32,000 bases of DNA, taken from assembly GCA_038826135.1 (NCBI GenBank), contig JAWBON010000004.1, forward strand, positions 5,159-37,158, written 5' to 3'. A program made the translations under genes and the position numbers. Origin of the DNA: Candidatus Odinarchaeota archaeon (GTDB lineage: Archaea > Asgardarchaeota > Odinarchaeia > Odinarchaeales > Odinarchaeaceae). Positions 1 through 9,452 of this stretch are shown piece after piece (the stretch's first letter is position 1; each line of letters opens with the position of its first letter). The notes beneath the pieces were generated by a model. It searched no databases, was not told the origin of the DNA, and saw only the letters and a program-made list of their open reading frames with translations.

Positions 1-25
1 CTGGGTTGATAAAAAGAGGGGGGAA

Positions 26-244
26 TTGGTAAAAACATTTAAAGAGGAGGGAAAGATTCCGACCAAGATAACCAGAATTATCGAATGCCCTTACTGTTCC
101 ACTAAGATAAGATTCACTATGGATTCAACATACTTTGAAAGCGTAGAAAACTATCCTGTCCCGTTTTCAATACAGCACGGTGATCACAGCTTCAAAGTCT
201 ATTTAGACGAGGATTTAAACGTGGTGAAGGTGGATAAAACATAA
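26..244 (+). CDS. Small putative Zn-binding protein (CxxC ... HxxH); may be the 3' end of a longer ORF
   Basis: CPYC plus HGDHSFKVYLD. GAGGGGGG lies just before the TTG at 26, but the frame is also open back to the window edge. Confidence 0.6.
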   Translation: MVKTFKEEGKIPTKITRIIECPYCSTKIRFTMDSTYFESVENYPVPFSIQHGDHSFKVYLDEDLNVVKVDKT

Positions 245-284
245 CATTAATTTTAAACATATCCTCGTCAACATTTTAGAATTA

Positions 285-1187
285 TTATAAGAGTAGACTA
301 TTAGCAGCTTCAACCATGTTAACAAGTTTAGCGTAAGCACTCTCAGGGGATAAAACTCTAAGCCCGCAGTCAGGGTGAACGAGAAAACGATGGGAGCCTA
401 TTATGGAAGCGGCTTTCTCTAAAATCTGCTTAATCGAGTTAACAGTTTCAACAGTATTATTTTGAGTATTAACGCATCCAACTCCTAGAATCTTACTATG
501 CCTATCTAAGTCACGTTTACTAATAACTGTAAAATTATCAGGGGAGGCTGCGAATTCAAGACTTAAAACATCCACCCCCTGTATGGAGATTACTTTACTG
601 AACACTTTCTTTATATTCCCACACACATGTAACCCGACAGGGATTTTAATATTCTCGGTGATTATTTTTATAGCAATCTCCCCTAACTCAATAGGCGCGC
701 CTACAGAGTAAAATGGTTCATCTATTTGTAGAAAAACAGCACCGCTCTTTAATAGAATTTCAACCTCTCTTTTAAGAGCTTCACCTAAGTCAACATATAG
801 TTTCTGATCTAAAAACCCTTTATAAGGCGATGATTTATCAATCTTAGAGGATGCTATTAACGTCACCGGCCCTGTTATAATAGCCTTAATAAAAGTACCC
901 TCTTTTAAAAGACTTTTAGCGTATATTAGATCTTGAAGTATAGGCGACTCTTTAGGCGGTGTTATTTTATCCGTTATCTTACACCGATTATCTTTAACTG
1001 TGAAGCCGGGTATGTGATCAGTAAAATATGTAACCATATCCTTCCTAGTCTGACCGTCACTTAACAGCTCCACACCAGCTTTTAACTGTTGCACCACAGC
1101 GTTATTAACCGCATCTAAACCTGTTAAATTGTTTACAGGATAGCTTCCAATAACTGTTTTTAGCAGAGGTTTTAATTCATTTAACAT
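285..1187 (-). CDS. metE: Cobalamin-independent methionine synthase, catalytic-domain-only (core MetE / Mes-type)
   Basis: TVIGSYP N-terminus, QIDEP, Zn ligands H-x-C (GLHVCG), Glu 24 residues after the His (LSLE) and PDCGL. 300 aa, with no N-terminal folate-binding half. Confidence 0.88.
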   Translation of the reverse strand: MLNELKPLLKTVIGSYPVNNLTGLDAVNNAVVQQLKAGVELLSDGQTRKDMVTYFTDHIPGFTVKDNRCKITDKITPPKESPILQDLIYAKSLLKEGTFIKAIITGPVTLIASSKIDKSSPYKGFLDQKLYVDLGEALKREVEILLKSGAVFLQIDEPFYSVGAPIELGEIAIKIITENIKIPVGLHVCGNIKKVFSKVISIQGVDVLSLEFAASPDNFTVISKRDLDRHSKILGVGCVNTQNNTVETVNSIKQILEKAASIIGSHRFLVHPDCGLRVLSPESAYAKLVNMVEAANSLLL

Positions 1188-1221
1188 ATTAAATTCCTTT
1201 TAACAATCATACTATATAATA

Positions 1222-2049
1222 TTAAGTGAGAACCATAAGTATAGAGATTAACGCTAAAACTATGCTGAATATTATTTTAAGTTTTCTCTGAGGCAGATTT
1301 AATGCCAGACGGGTTCCAATCTGTGAACCGACTATCAACCCGATTATTATAGGGATCGCTAAAGAAAAACTGATTAACCCGTAAAACGCGTAACCTGCAG
1401 TGGCGGATATAACTGTAAAAATAATCATTAGAAAACTGGTTCCTACAGCGAATATCATAGGGATTCCGCATATTAGATTCAAAAATGGAACCTTAACAGT
1501 CCCGCCAGCCACACCTATTAACCCCACAGTTAAACCTATAACAAACGAGCCGATAATAGTTAACGGAATGTTGATAACAGCGGTTGCTTTTTCACTCTTA
1601 TAATTATATTCACGCAACCAGAGATATCTTTTTAAAACCGTATTCCGAGTTTTACAACCGTCATCGGTTAAGTTATTCTTAGTACGAGTAGACCGTGCCA
1701 TATATACAGCTACTATAATAATAGCCGCTACAAATATATATGTTAAAATAACTGTGGGTAGTAAAACAGAAAGATGAGTTGCTAAAAACGCTCCAGGAAC
1801 CGCCCCCGCTTCCATTAACAGCCCTAACTTAAAATCCACAACCTTATTCTTAAAGTAAACGATAAAAGAGGATGAAGCCATAAAAAAAGAGCTGAAAATC
1901 ATTGTGGCAATAGCTATATGAATATCTAAACCCAGAAAAATAACTAGTATTGGAATAAACAGTGAGTTACCGCCTATCCCCACCATTGAAGATATTAAGC
2001 CTATTACAACCGCGGTTAGAAGAAGGAACGCGATTAAAAGCAAATCCAT
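1222..2049 (-). CDS. TauE/SafE family sulfite exporter-like membrane protein
   Basis: Two repeated hydrophobic halves with GIGGNSLFIP and GVAGGTVKVP motifs and AVGTS; about 8 TM segments. Confidence 0.85.
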   Translation of the reverse strand: MDLLLIAFLLLTAVVIGLISSMVGIGGNSLFIPILVIFLGLDIHIAIATMIFSSFFMASSSFIVYFKNKVVDFKLGLLMEAGAVPGAFLATHLSVLLPTVILTYIFVAAIIIVAVYMARSTRTKNNLTDDGCKTRNTVLKRYLWLREYNYKSEKATAVINIPLTIIGSFVIGLTVGLIGVAGGTVKVPFLNLICGIPMIFAVGTSFLMIIFTVISATAGYAFYGLISFSLAIPIIIGLIVGSQIGTRLALNLPQRKLKIIFSIVLALISILMVLT

Positions 2050-2118
2050 GGTTAAAACTGAAAAACATCAGTATAAAAGCATTATTAAATTAAAAACTAT
2101 TCAAACGGTTAATTAAAT

Positions 2119-3153
2119 ATGAGAGAGACTGTGAAGAAATTGTTTGAAGAAGGCAAAACCGATATTATACCTCTTCAAATAGAGGCGGGTGACCCTTTAA
2201 CTGAAAATATTTACAGTGACATCATAACTGTTTCTGGTAGAATTAGCAGATTCGAATATTTTTACAGGGACGGTGGGCCGTTTAAAAGAGCCTTGAAGCG
2301 TTCAGAATGGGCTGAAAAAATAAATATTAACAGTTATCAATGGCCTTCTGAGAGTGAGCTTTTACCAGATTTTGATAAAAAAATATCCGAGTTTATGGAT
2401 CTGTTAGCTGAAACAGGTAAGTTTAGAATGCTGAAAATATTAGGCCCGACTGAAACAGCTGAAGCGTTCTGCACCGTTAAGACTCCGAACCATCATTATT
2501 CTAAAGATAGATTATCTCACAACTTCGATTACTCATATTTATGTTGGGCTAATTTTCAAGCTGCTGAGGAAATCCATAACCGATTAACCGAGTACATATT
2601 GTACCTGTTAGAAAACTCTAACATGATTCGTTTATTCGATTCTGTGAGAATAGCTGACGACGTGTTTGACTATCACGGTTACCTTTACCCTCCGGAATTT
2701 ATAAGTAAAGTATGGAGACTAAACCATAAAAAAATCAGTTCAACTATTAAGAATCTAGGCGTAACCGCTGTTTTACATACAGACGGTGATCCCTCGCGAG
2801 AGATAGATTTCATAGAGTCAAATTATAACGGTCTCCATCCACTTGACATGATCTCTAAGAACAACTATAGTGAATTATTAGACTGGTTAAATTTAATAGA
2901 AAAACTTATCAGTGGTAGGAGAATAGTGGTCTTCACAGGTTTACCGATAAATTTCTTATATGGTAGTGAGGAGCAATTCACGGTTTTAAAAAAGTTTATA
3001 GTAGAGGATTTGCCGAGGCTTAGAACCATCAGGTTTATTTTAAGCACAACTCATAGACCCTACAGTACAGTAAATATTCGATCTGAAATTATAAAAAACC
3101 GGTATAATGAGATTAAAAAAATAAGAGATATTATTTTAGGTTTTACCCATTAA
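2119..3153 (+). CDS. Uroporphyrinogen decarboxylase-like (URO-D/MtaA-CmuA superfamily) TIM-barrel protein
   Basis: ADD-x-G-x3-PP-EF, LHTDGD and GLHPLD motifs typical of URO-D-like proteins; substrate not assignable. Confidence 0.65.
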   Translation: MRETVKKLFEEGKTDIIPLQIEAGDPLTENIYSDIITVSGRISRFEYFYRDGGPFKRALKRSEWAEKININSYQWPSESELLPDFDKKISEFMDLLAETGKFRMLKILGPTETAEAFCTVKTPNHHYSKDRLSHNFDYSYLCWANFQAAEEIHNRLTEYILYLLENSNMIRLFDSVRIADDVFDYHGYLYPPEFISKVWRLNHKKISSTIKNLGVTAVLHTDGDPSREIDFIESNYNGLHPLDMISKNNYSELLDWLNLIEKLISGRRIVVFTGLPINFLYGSEEQFTVLKKFIVEDLPRLRTIRFILSTTHRPYSTVNIRSEIIKNRYNEIKKIRDIILGFTH

Positions 3154-3468
3154 AACCTTTATAGGGATACTCTGCGATTCCCCTGATGGGAGTACTCTTG
3201 TAACCATGATCGGCAGTATTAAACTGTTAAGCTCCTCCTCAGCTATTTGTATAGGGTCTAATTTACCCTGATAGTCTATAAGTATCGGAGCGCCCATAGA
3301 TATTTGCAACGCTCTTGCACCGATTATCCGACTCCTCTCATATCTTGTAAGGACAGGCGGGCCTATGTTAATAACAAACTCTGTGTCACCGATCTTCTTT
3401 ACTGAAGGTTTTTTAGCAGTTTTCCTCTTAGGGGTTGAAGCCCCTGTAACAGTGTTAGTATTCCTCAC
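3136..3468 (-). CDS. rpoK: DNA-directed RNA polymerase subunit Rpo6 (RpoK) with basic N-terminal extension
   Basis: [22 protein letters not shown] signature. The GTG at 3468 is the only canonical in-frame start upstream of it. Confidence 0.93.
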   Translation of the reverse strand: MRNTNTVTGASTPKRKTAKKPSVKKIGDTEFVINIGPPVLTRYERSRIIGARALQISMGAPILIDYQGKLDPIQIAEEELNSLILPIMVTRVLPSGESQSIPIKVLMGKT

Positions 3469-5098
3469 CGGTTTCAGCTCCTGAAGGGCTTGGTGGCTTA
3501 GGCGTTGTAGATTTGCCTGCAGCTATCATATCGTCAATCCTTAATATCATTTGCGCTGCTTCACTAGCTGATTTTATCGCCTGTTTTTTAACTGATGCTG
3601 GTTCCCAAATATTAAGTTTATCCATGTCAGCGACGCCGCCGTCTAGAATGTTCACTCCAGCCCATTTATGACCGTTTTCATGTTTAGCCTTCAACTGCAC
3701 TAGGATGTCAACTGGGTCTAAACCAGCGTTTTCAGCGAGAGCTCTTGGTATTGACTCCACAGCTTCAGCGAATTTTATCAGTGCAAGCTGTTCTCTCCCG
3801 CTTAAGCTCTCAGCGTAGTCGCGGAGATTTCTCGCAATCTCTATTTCAGGAGCGCCACCGCCGGCTAGAATCTTCGCCTCTACTAGAATATTTCTCACAA
3901 CACATAAAGCGTCGTGAAAAGCTCTTTCAGCCTCGTTAACAACCATTTCACTAGCACCCCTGATGAGTACGCTGACAGATTTCGGATTCCTGCAGCCTTC
4001 AACGAAAACCATCTGCTCGTCGCCTATTTTTTTCTCGTAAACAACCTCAGCGTCACCTAGATCTTTAGCTGTTATGTCATCGATGTTTGTTACAATAGCT
4101 CCACCAGTAGCTCTAGCTAGTTTATCCATATCGGATTTCTTTACCCGTCTTACCGCTAAAATCCCGGCTTTAGCCAAATAGTGTTGGGCTAGATCATCTA
4201 TTCCCTTCTGAGTGATGACTACGTTTGCACCAGCTGACTTAATTTTTTCCACCATATTTTTTAATATATTCTGCTCCTCTTCGAGAAATGCCTGCATCTG
4301 CTCTACCTTCGTGATATTGATTTTAGCGTCGAACTCTGTTTTTTCAACCTCTAAGGCGCCGTCTAATAAAGCTATTTTAGCGTTTTTAACCTTCTTCGGC
4401 ATCGCCTGGTGTACTACTTCTTTATCGAGAATAACGCCGTTAACGAGTGTAGTGTCCTCTATGCTTCCACCCTCTTTCTTATCAACTTTTACATTGTCTA
4501 TGTCAACTCTAAGCTCTCCGCCTATTTTCTCTGCTACTGCTTTAACAGCTTTAACAGCAAGGTCTGCTAGTAAATCCTTCGCACCGCTGACGAGTTTGGT
4601 ACCCATAGCTGTTACAGCAACGTTTTTCAAAGCCTGCTCATCCTCAGGGCTTACTTCCAAGGAGATTTCATCAATTATTTTAATAGCTTTCTCAGTAGCC
4701 TTCCTGTAGCCTGAAACAATAATTGTTGGGTGAATATTTTTATCTAATAATTCTTCAGCTTTTTTCAAAAGTTCACCGGCTAATACAACCGCTGTGGTTG
4801 TGCCATCGCCTACCTCTTGATCCTGGGTTTTAGCCACTTCCACCATCATCTTAGCTGCTGGATGCTGGACATCCATCTCCTTTAATATGGTGGCACCGTC
4901 ATTTGTAATTGTAACATCACCCATACTGTCAACCAGCATTTTATCCATCCCACGAGGACCTAGCGACGTCCTCACAGCTTCAGCTATGACCTTAGCTGCG
5001 GTTATATTAGCTCTTTGAGCTTCTCTACCTTTTGCTCTGCTTGTACCTTCCTTAAGTATAAGTATAGGAGTACCACCTAATTGCCCTACCTCGGCCAT
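3455..5098 (-). CDS. ths: Thermosome subunit (group II chaperonin)
   Basis: [30 protein letters not shown] motifs. Start moved from the GTG at 5107 to the ATG at 5098 (SD GAGGTG plus 6 nt). Confidence 0.97.
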   Translation of the reverse strand: MAEVGQLGGTPILILKEGTSRAKGREAQRANITAAKVIAEAVRTSLGPRGMDKMLVDSMGDVTITNDGATILKEMDVQHPAAKMMVEVAKTQDQEVGDGTTTAVVLAGELLKKAEELLDKNIHPTIIVSGYRKATEKAIKIIDEISLEVSPEDEQALKNVAVTAMGTKLVSGAKDLLADLAVKAVKAVAEKIGGELRVDIDNVKVDKKEGGSIEDTTLVNGVILDKEVVHQAMPKKVKNAKIALLDGALEVEKTEFDAKINITKVEQMQAFLEEEQNILKNMVEKIKSAGANVVITQKGIDDLAQHYLAKAGILAVRRVKKSDMDKLARATGGAIVTNIDDITAKDLGDAEVVYEKKIGDEQMVFVEGCRNPKSVSVLIRGASEMVVNEAERAFHDALCVVRNILVEAKILAGGGAPEIEIARNLRDYAESLSGREQLALIKFAEAVESIPRALAENAGLDPVDILVQLKAKHENGHKWAGVNILDGGVADMDKLNIWEPASVKKQAIKSASEAAQMILRIDDMIAAGKSTTPKPPSPSGAETGEEY

Positions 5099-5158
5099 AG
5101 TTAACACCTCGGTTCTTAAAAATTAATCATAAAATTTTGTGTGAATAGTATTTATACT

Positions 5159-5180
5159 TCTATATAAATTTTACTTTTAA
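5159..5180. promoter_or_regulatory. Candidate TATA box/BRE in the thermosome-corA divergent intergenic region
   Basis: TATATAAA at 5161-5168 (TTTATATA on minus), preceded on minus by purine-rich AAAAGTAAAA; about 60 nt upstream of the thermosome ATG. Confidence 0.4.
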
Positions 5181-5303
5181 CATATACATCAATAAAGTAA
5201 AATATCCGATTAAGATAAAACTCTAATTGTAATTAAATCATAGGAGGGGCACACTATCACAGGCGGTAAAGATAATTCCGGTGAAGAACCACCTATAAGA
5301 GTA

Positions 5304-6266
5304 ATGCAGTACAACGATAAAGAATTCTGGGAAAAAGAGTTCAAAAATGTTGAAGAAATTATTTTAGAGAAAAAGAGTGCAACAGTCACATGGATTAACA
5401 TAGATAAAGTAGCAGACACTAAGGTGACCGATAGCATAGGAAAAAGGTATAATATACACCCGCTTATCTTAGAAGATATAAGTAATACGGATCAGAGACC
5501 TAAAATTGATGTTCTTGAAAACTATATTTACGTTGTTGTAAAAATGCTTTACTCCGATACTGACAAGGACAAGACGGTAATAGAACAGGTGAGTTTTATT
5601 TTAGGCCAAGATTATGTGGTTTCATTCCAGGAAAGGCCGGGGGATGTATTCGACCATATACGTGAAATGATCAGGCATAATAAGGGTTTAATAAGAAAGA
5701 TGGGGGCCGACTACTTACTCTGCTCTTTAATAGACTCCATAGTTGATAATTACTTCAATATTTGTGACAGACTTGAGGAGAAAATCGAGTGTTTAGACGA
5801 CGAATTACTAGGTCAACCGTCCCAAGAAACTATTAACGAGATAAATAGTTTAAAACGGGAGATGATATTTATAAGAAAAGCCATATGGCCGCTAAGAGAG
5901 GTGGTCAATATTTTAGAGAGAACCGGCCCCCCACTGGTCTTACAGAAAACTATAATTCATTTGAGAGATGTTTACGATCATGTTATTCAAATAATAGACT
6001 TAGTGGAAACACTGCAGGAAATACTGTCAAGCATGGTTGACACTTACCTGTCCAGTATCAGTAATAGAACAAACGAGGTTATGAAAATACTAACAATTAT
6101 AGCTACAATATTCATACCGTTAACGTTTATAGCGGGTGTTTACGGTATGAATTTCAGATTCATGCCTGAACTTGAACTTATATGGGGTTACCCGTTAATA
6201 GTGGGCGTAATGTTTACTGTCAGCATTGTTATGCTACTATATTTTAGAAGAAAAAAATGGATTTAA
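5304..6266 (+). CDS. corA: Magnesium/cobalt transporter CorA (true start possibly ATC at 5256)
   Basis: WINI, HPLILEDI, QRPKID, YGMNF (GMN filter) and MPEL motifs; two C-terminal TM helices. Confidence 0.95.
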   Translation: MQYNDKEFWEKEFKNVEEIILEKKSATVTWINIDKVADTKVTDSIGKRYNIHPLILEDISNTDQRPKIDVLENYIYVVVKMLYSDTDKDKTVIEQVSFILGQDYVVSFQERPGDVFDHIREMIRHNKGLIRKMGADYLLCSLIDSIVDNYFNICDRLEEKIECLDDELLGQPSQETINEINSLKREMIFIRKAIWPLREVVNILERTGPPLVLQKTIIHLRDVYDHVIQIIDLVETLQEILSSMVDTYLSSISNRTNEVMKILTIIATIFIPLTFIAGVYGMNFRFMPELELIWGYPLIVGVMFTVSIVMLLYFRRKKWI

Positions 6267-6276
6267 ACGATAAAAT

Positions 6277-6843
6277 ATGCCTCACATTTTTAATCCTGAA
6301 AATATTAAGGTGCTCGAAGACCCTGAAAGAGAGAGCTTTCTTTCCACCATCTTGTTCGTAAAAATAATAAAAGAAGTCCTACACGAAGAAAAAAGAAACA
6401 TCGCCTGTGAAATAGGTGCGGGAACAGGGTATTTCACAATACCTTTAGCGAGATTATTCAAAAAAGTTTACGCTACAGATCTAAGCTTGGAAATGCTCAA
6501 CTACTTGAAAAACAAAGCTGAAGAGAAAAAAATACAGAACATCGTATTCATTCAAACCGATAAACCACCCAGAATAGACGAATACATAGATTTAATATTA
6601 TTCTCGAATGTCTTACATGAGTTAAATAATTTAGAAGAATATATTAAATGGGCTTCGGCAAAAACAAATATAATAGTAGACATAGACTGGAAAAAAGAAA
6701 ACACTCCAGGCGGCCCACCTTTAAAGGATAGAATTAGTTTAGAAGACGCCGTGAAAATACTAGTAAAACATGGCTTTAAAGTAAAAAATTATAACATTTA
6801 CCCCTACCATTATTTTTTGATAGGAGTTAAAAACACTAAGTAA
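6277..6843 (+). CDS. Class I SAM-dependent methyltransferase
   Basis: Motif I CEIGAGTG, acidic motif ATDLS, VLHEL, IDW and GPP. Confidence 0.85.
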   Translation: MPHIFNPENIKVLEDPERESFLSTILFVKIIKEVLHEEKRNIACEIGAGTGYFTIPLARLFKKVYATDLSLEMLNYLKNKAEEKKIQNIVFIQTDKPPRIDEYIDLILFSNVLHELNNLEEYIKWASAKTNIIVDIDWKKENTPGGPPLKDRISLEDAVKILVKHGFKVKNYNIYPYHYFLIGVKNTK

Positions 6844-6914
6844 ACCAGTAGTTAACTGTAACCCAGCACATTATTTTTAATAAATGAAATAAGATTAAAA
6901 AAAATAGAAGGAGA

Positions 6915-8444
6915 TTATATTTTTGGTTTGAGAAACTTGAACACTGCCACAACCACTATAACTCCGCCAGCGGCTGCTCCGCCTAAAACAGCTATAAGTG
7001 TGGAATCAACACCCTGCGGGGGCTGTTCAGGTTCTTCAGTTACAGTTATTTCAAATGTAGCATAATCATGCAAAGTGTTATTATAGTATATGTCTATTGT
7101 TAACGAATAGTTTCCAGGTGAACTTGGAGCTGTGAGAGTGAAACTCACCGTTTTATTTTCTTCGCTAAGAATTGTAACGGTTTTATTATTTATGCCGGAG
7201 AAGACGGTTGAAGACCAGTTAATAAATGCGTTAACAGCGTCAAGGTCTCCGTGATTACGGATATGTAATTCAATATTGAAGTCTGAGTTTACTGTGGGGT
7301 TAACAAGAGAAATCCCCTGTAAGGTTAAGATCACTGGAGTATACTCGTATTGGAAATTAGCAGAGGAAACAAGTAGCACAGTTTCTATATTCCAGTTGCC
7401 GGAGAGACATCTATCCGTGTACCAGTAGACTACAGCTCCGGTCTTCTCGGAGTAACCGACTGTGATATTCGTATAATATGCTATAACTTCAAAGTGAGAG
7501 TCATTGTAGTAGCTGAAAAATCGAACAGGAGTTAACTTGCCATCAATTAGCATATCCGCGCTCCAGTGAGAAGCAGTATAGTGAATTCCGTCTAGAGTAT
7601 TATTTTCTTGCCATACTAGCCAATGAGTATCCCAGTTAGTCATCACAACATGGTTAACCCAACCACCTGATTCGCTTCTAATATCCTGAGGATTCACAGC
7701 TAAATTCGAAACATAATGTGCTATTTTATAATCTGCGCAGTAGAAGTCTGTCACCAGGTTGTAACTAACATATGTCTCATTAGAAAACAATACCAGTACC
7801 TGATCTACTTGCTTCAAATCTTTAAACCCTGAAGGAAACAAGTATACGGAAGGTGGCTCCTGTTCACTGGAAGAAAGCCACACGACGTCTCTAATCGTTC
7901 CATTCGAACAGTAAAACGTCATATCCACCTGAAATTCAGCTACAGCCCCAGTCCACTCTTCAATGTCCAAAATGTTCCATTGTATAATATCAAAGTTTTT
8001 TGTTAGATTCCCCCCGGATGTTAAGTTCTGATTAATATTAGGCCACCGTGTACACCAGACTACATCCGGCGGACTAGAACTAAGTTCCATAATATCTAAG
8101 TCTATATATTTGATTAACACAGAGTCCACACCTGTACCAGTTAATGAGCCTACTTGCACAGTGAGATTACCTACATTATCCCTATACCAGCCGACCTCCC
8201 AGTAAATTTCATAATACATTTTGAATGTTAACGGAACTCCGTATATTGGATGGGAATAGGTTTTTTGACGCTGAACAAAATTATAGTATGTTGCGTTGCC
8301 GCTCAACACCCATTGTGAACCTGTTGGTAAAACGTAGTTTTCAGGCGGCGAATACGCGGATACTGTGAACGGTATCGCGATCCCTATAAACATGGCTAGG
8401 CAGAGAAGGGGTAATATAGATTTAAGCGGTTTTCTCAAAAGCAA
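6915..8444 (-). CDS. Secreted, C-terminally membrane-anchored surface glycoprotein with Ig-like (CARDB-like) domain
   Basis: Signal peptide ending in VSA, about 14 N-x-S/T sequons, beta-rich C-terminal domain (IRNHGDLDA...APSSPGNYSLTI), Pro/Glu linker, TM helix and basic tail KFLKPKI. Confidence 0.75.
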   Translation of the reverse strand: MLLRKPLKSILPLLCLAMFIGIAIPFTVSAYSPPENYVLPTGSQWVLSGNATYYNFVQRQKTYSHPIYGVPLTFKMYYEIYWEVGWYRDNVGNLTVQVGSLTGTGVDSVLIKYIDLDIMELSSSPPDVVWCTRWPNINQNLTSGGNLTKNFDIIQWNILDIEEWTGAVAEFQVDMTFYCSNGTIRDVVWLSSSEQEPPSVYLFPSGFKDLKQVDQVLVLFSNETYVSYNLVTDFYCADYKIAHYVSNLAVNPQDIRSESGGWVNHVVMTNWDTHWLVWQENNTLDGIHYTASHWSADMLIDGKLTPVRFFSYYNDSHFEVIAYYTNITVGYSEKTGAVVYWYTDRCLSGNWNIETVLLVSSANFQYEYTPVILTLQGISLVNPTVNSDFNIELHIRNHGDLDAVNAFINWSSTVFSGINNKTVTILSEENKTVSFTLTAPSSPGNYSLTIDIYYNNTLHDYATFEITVTEEPEQPPQGVDSTLIAVLGGAAAGGVIVVVAVFKFLKPKI

Positions 8445-8594
8445 AAACCTCCTAATCTATTTGCCTAATTGTATATGAGAAGTATTTAATAAATTTTTAC
8501 ACCAATTTATCCAGAAACTGCTATTTAATTAAAATAAGCAGTATTAAAACCACAAAAAATTAATTAAACAATAAAGTAATTAACTAAAAATAGC

Positions 8595-9245
8595 CTATAG
8601 ATAAATAGGAGCGTTTAAGGCTGCTGTTGAGACAGGCTTGTCCAGTCTAATTTTAACGTTAGAAGTGTTTCCGTGTTTACCTATTATTCTACCTTTCACA
8701 GAGATGTTTTTACCGTATTTTAACCAGACTTTAGCGCCTATCAACTCCTCTATCTTCTTTGAGGGGTCTAGGATGCGGGCTAAAACCTTGTTATTTGATA
8801 TTCTAGCCCCGCCTCTTTCAAATGAGTAGACTTTTCCTATCAGCTTTCTAATAGGTTCTGATGGTTTCGCTGAGATTTTAGGTTTTTCAGCCTTAGAAGG
8901 TTTCTTTAATTTTTCACTTTTAACTTCAGTTTTATGTTTCTCTTCTTTAACAGGTTTCTCTTTTTCACTAATCTTCTTAGAAGGTTTCTTGACTGTTCTG
9001 GTTTTTTCAGCCTTAGTTTTCTCCTTTGCTTTTTTAACCGGTGCAGTTTGAGCTTTCAACTCGTTAACTTTATCTAGTAAACGCTTCAAAGTTGTTTTAC
9101 TTAAATCAGGGATCTTACCCTGAAGCTCTTCTAAACTATACTTAGATAATTCTCTGATTGTCTTGATACCGGCTTTATCTAGTGCGTCAAGTGTTTTTTT
9201 ACTTAATCCTTTAACCTCGCTTAGCGGCGTTTTATTTTCGGCCAT
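8595..9245 (-). CDS. rpl35ae: Ribosomal protein eL33 (L35Ae) fused to an N-terminal helix-hairpin-helix domain by a Lys/Glu/Pro-rich linker
   Basis: The C-terminal 80 aa match the eL33 pattern (LIGAKVWLK...KGRIIGKHGNTSNVKIRL...AL). The N-terminus has an HhH pattern (VKGLSKKTLDALDKAGIKTIREL). SD GGTGAG. Confidence 0.75.
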   Translation of the reverse strand: MAENKTPLSEVKGLSKKTLDALDKAGIKTIRELSKYSLEELQGKIPDLSKTTLKRLLDKVNELKAQTAPVKKAKEKTKAEKTRTVKKPSKKISEKEKPVKEEKHKTEVKSEKLKKPSKAEKPKISAKPSEPIRKLIGKVYSFERGGARISNNKVLARILDPSKKIEELIGAKVWLKYGKNISVKGRIIGKHGNTSNVKIRLDKPVSTAALNAPIYL

Positions 9246-9452
9246 GAGAACTCACCGCGCTTATATGTAATTGTCGTACCATATATCGATTTATTATTTA
9301 ATCTTATTGTCAAAATCTAAGAGACTGTTTAATAAAGCAGCGATAGTTAATATTAACGGTAATGCTTATATTCACGCTTTATATTTTCTTTATATTAAAC
9401 CAGTTTTTAAACTGTTCAATGTTGAGTCTATAAGTAGTTGACGGTGTTTTAG

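Noticed and set aside
3455-3520. Thermosome lacks a C-terminal GGM repeat tail
   Set aside because: Common among archaeal chaperonin subunits and not informative alone.
5211-5243. Amber read-through extending corA upstream of TAG 5241
   Set aside because: Only nine codons separate it from an in-frame TAA at 5211 and none is a start codon.
1277-5437. Short ORFs 1277-1471, 1400-1603, 2865-3047, 3745-3939, 4212-4709 and 5210-5437
   Set aside because: They overlap or lie antisense to well-supported genes (TauE, URO-D-like, thermosome, corA) and have no recognisable motifs.
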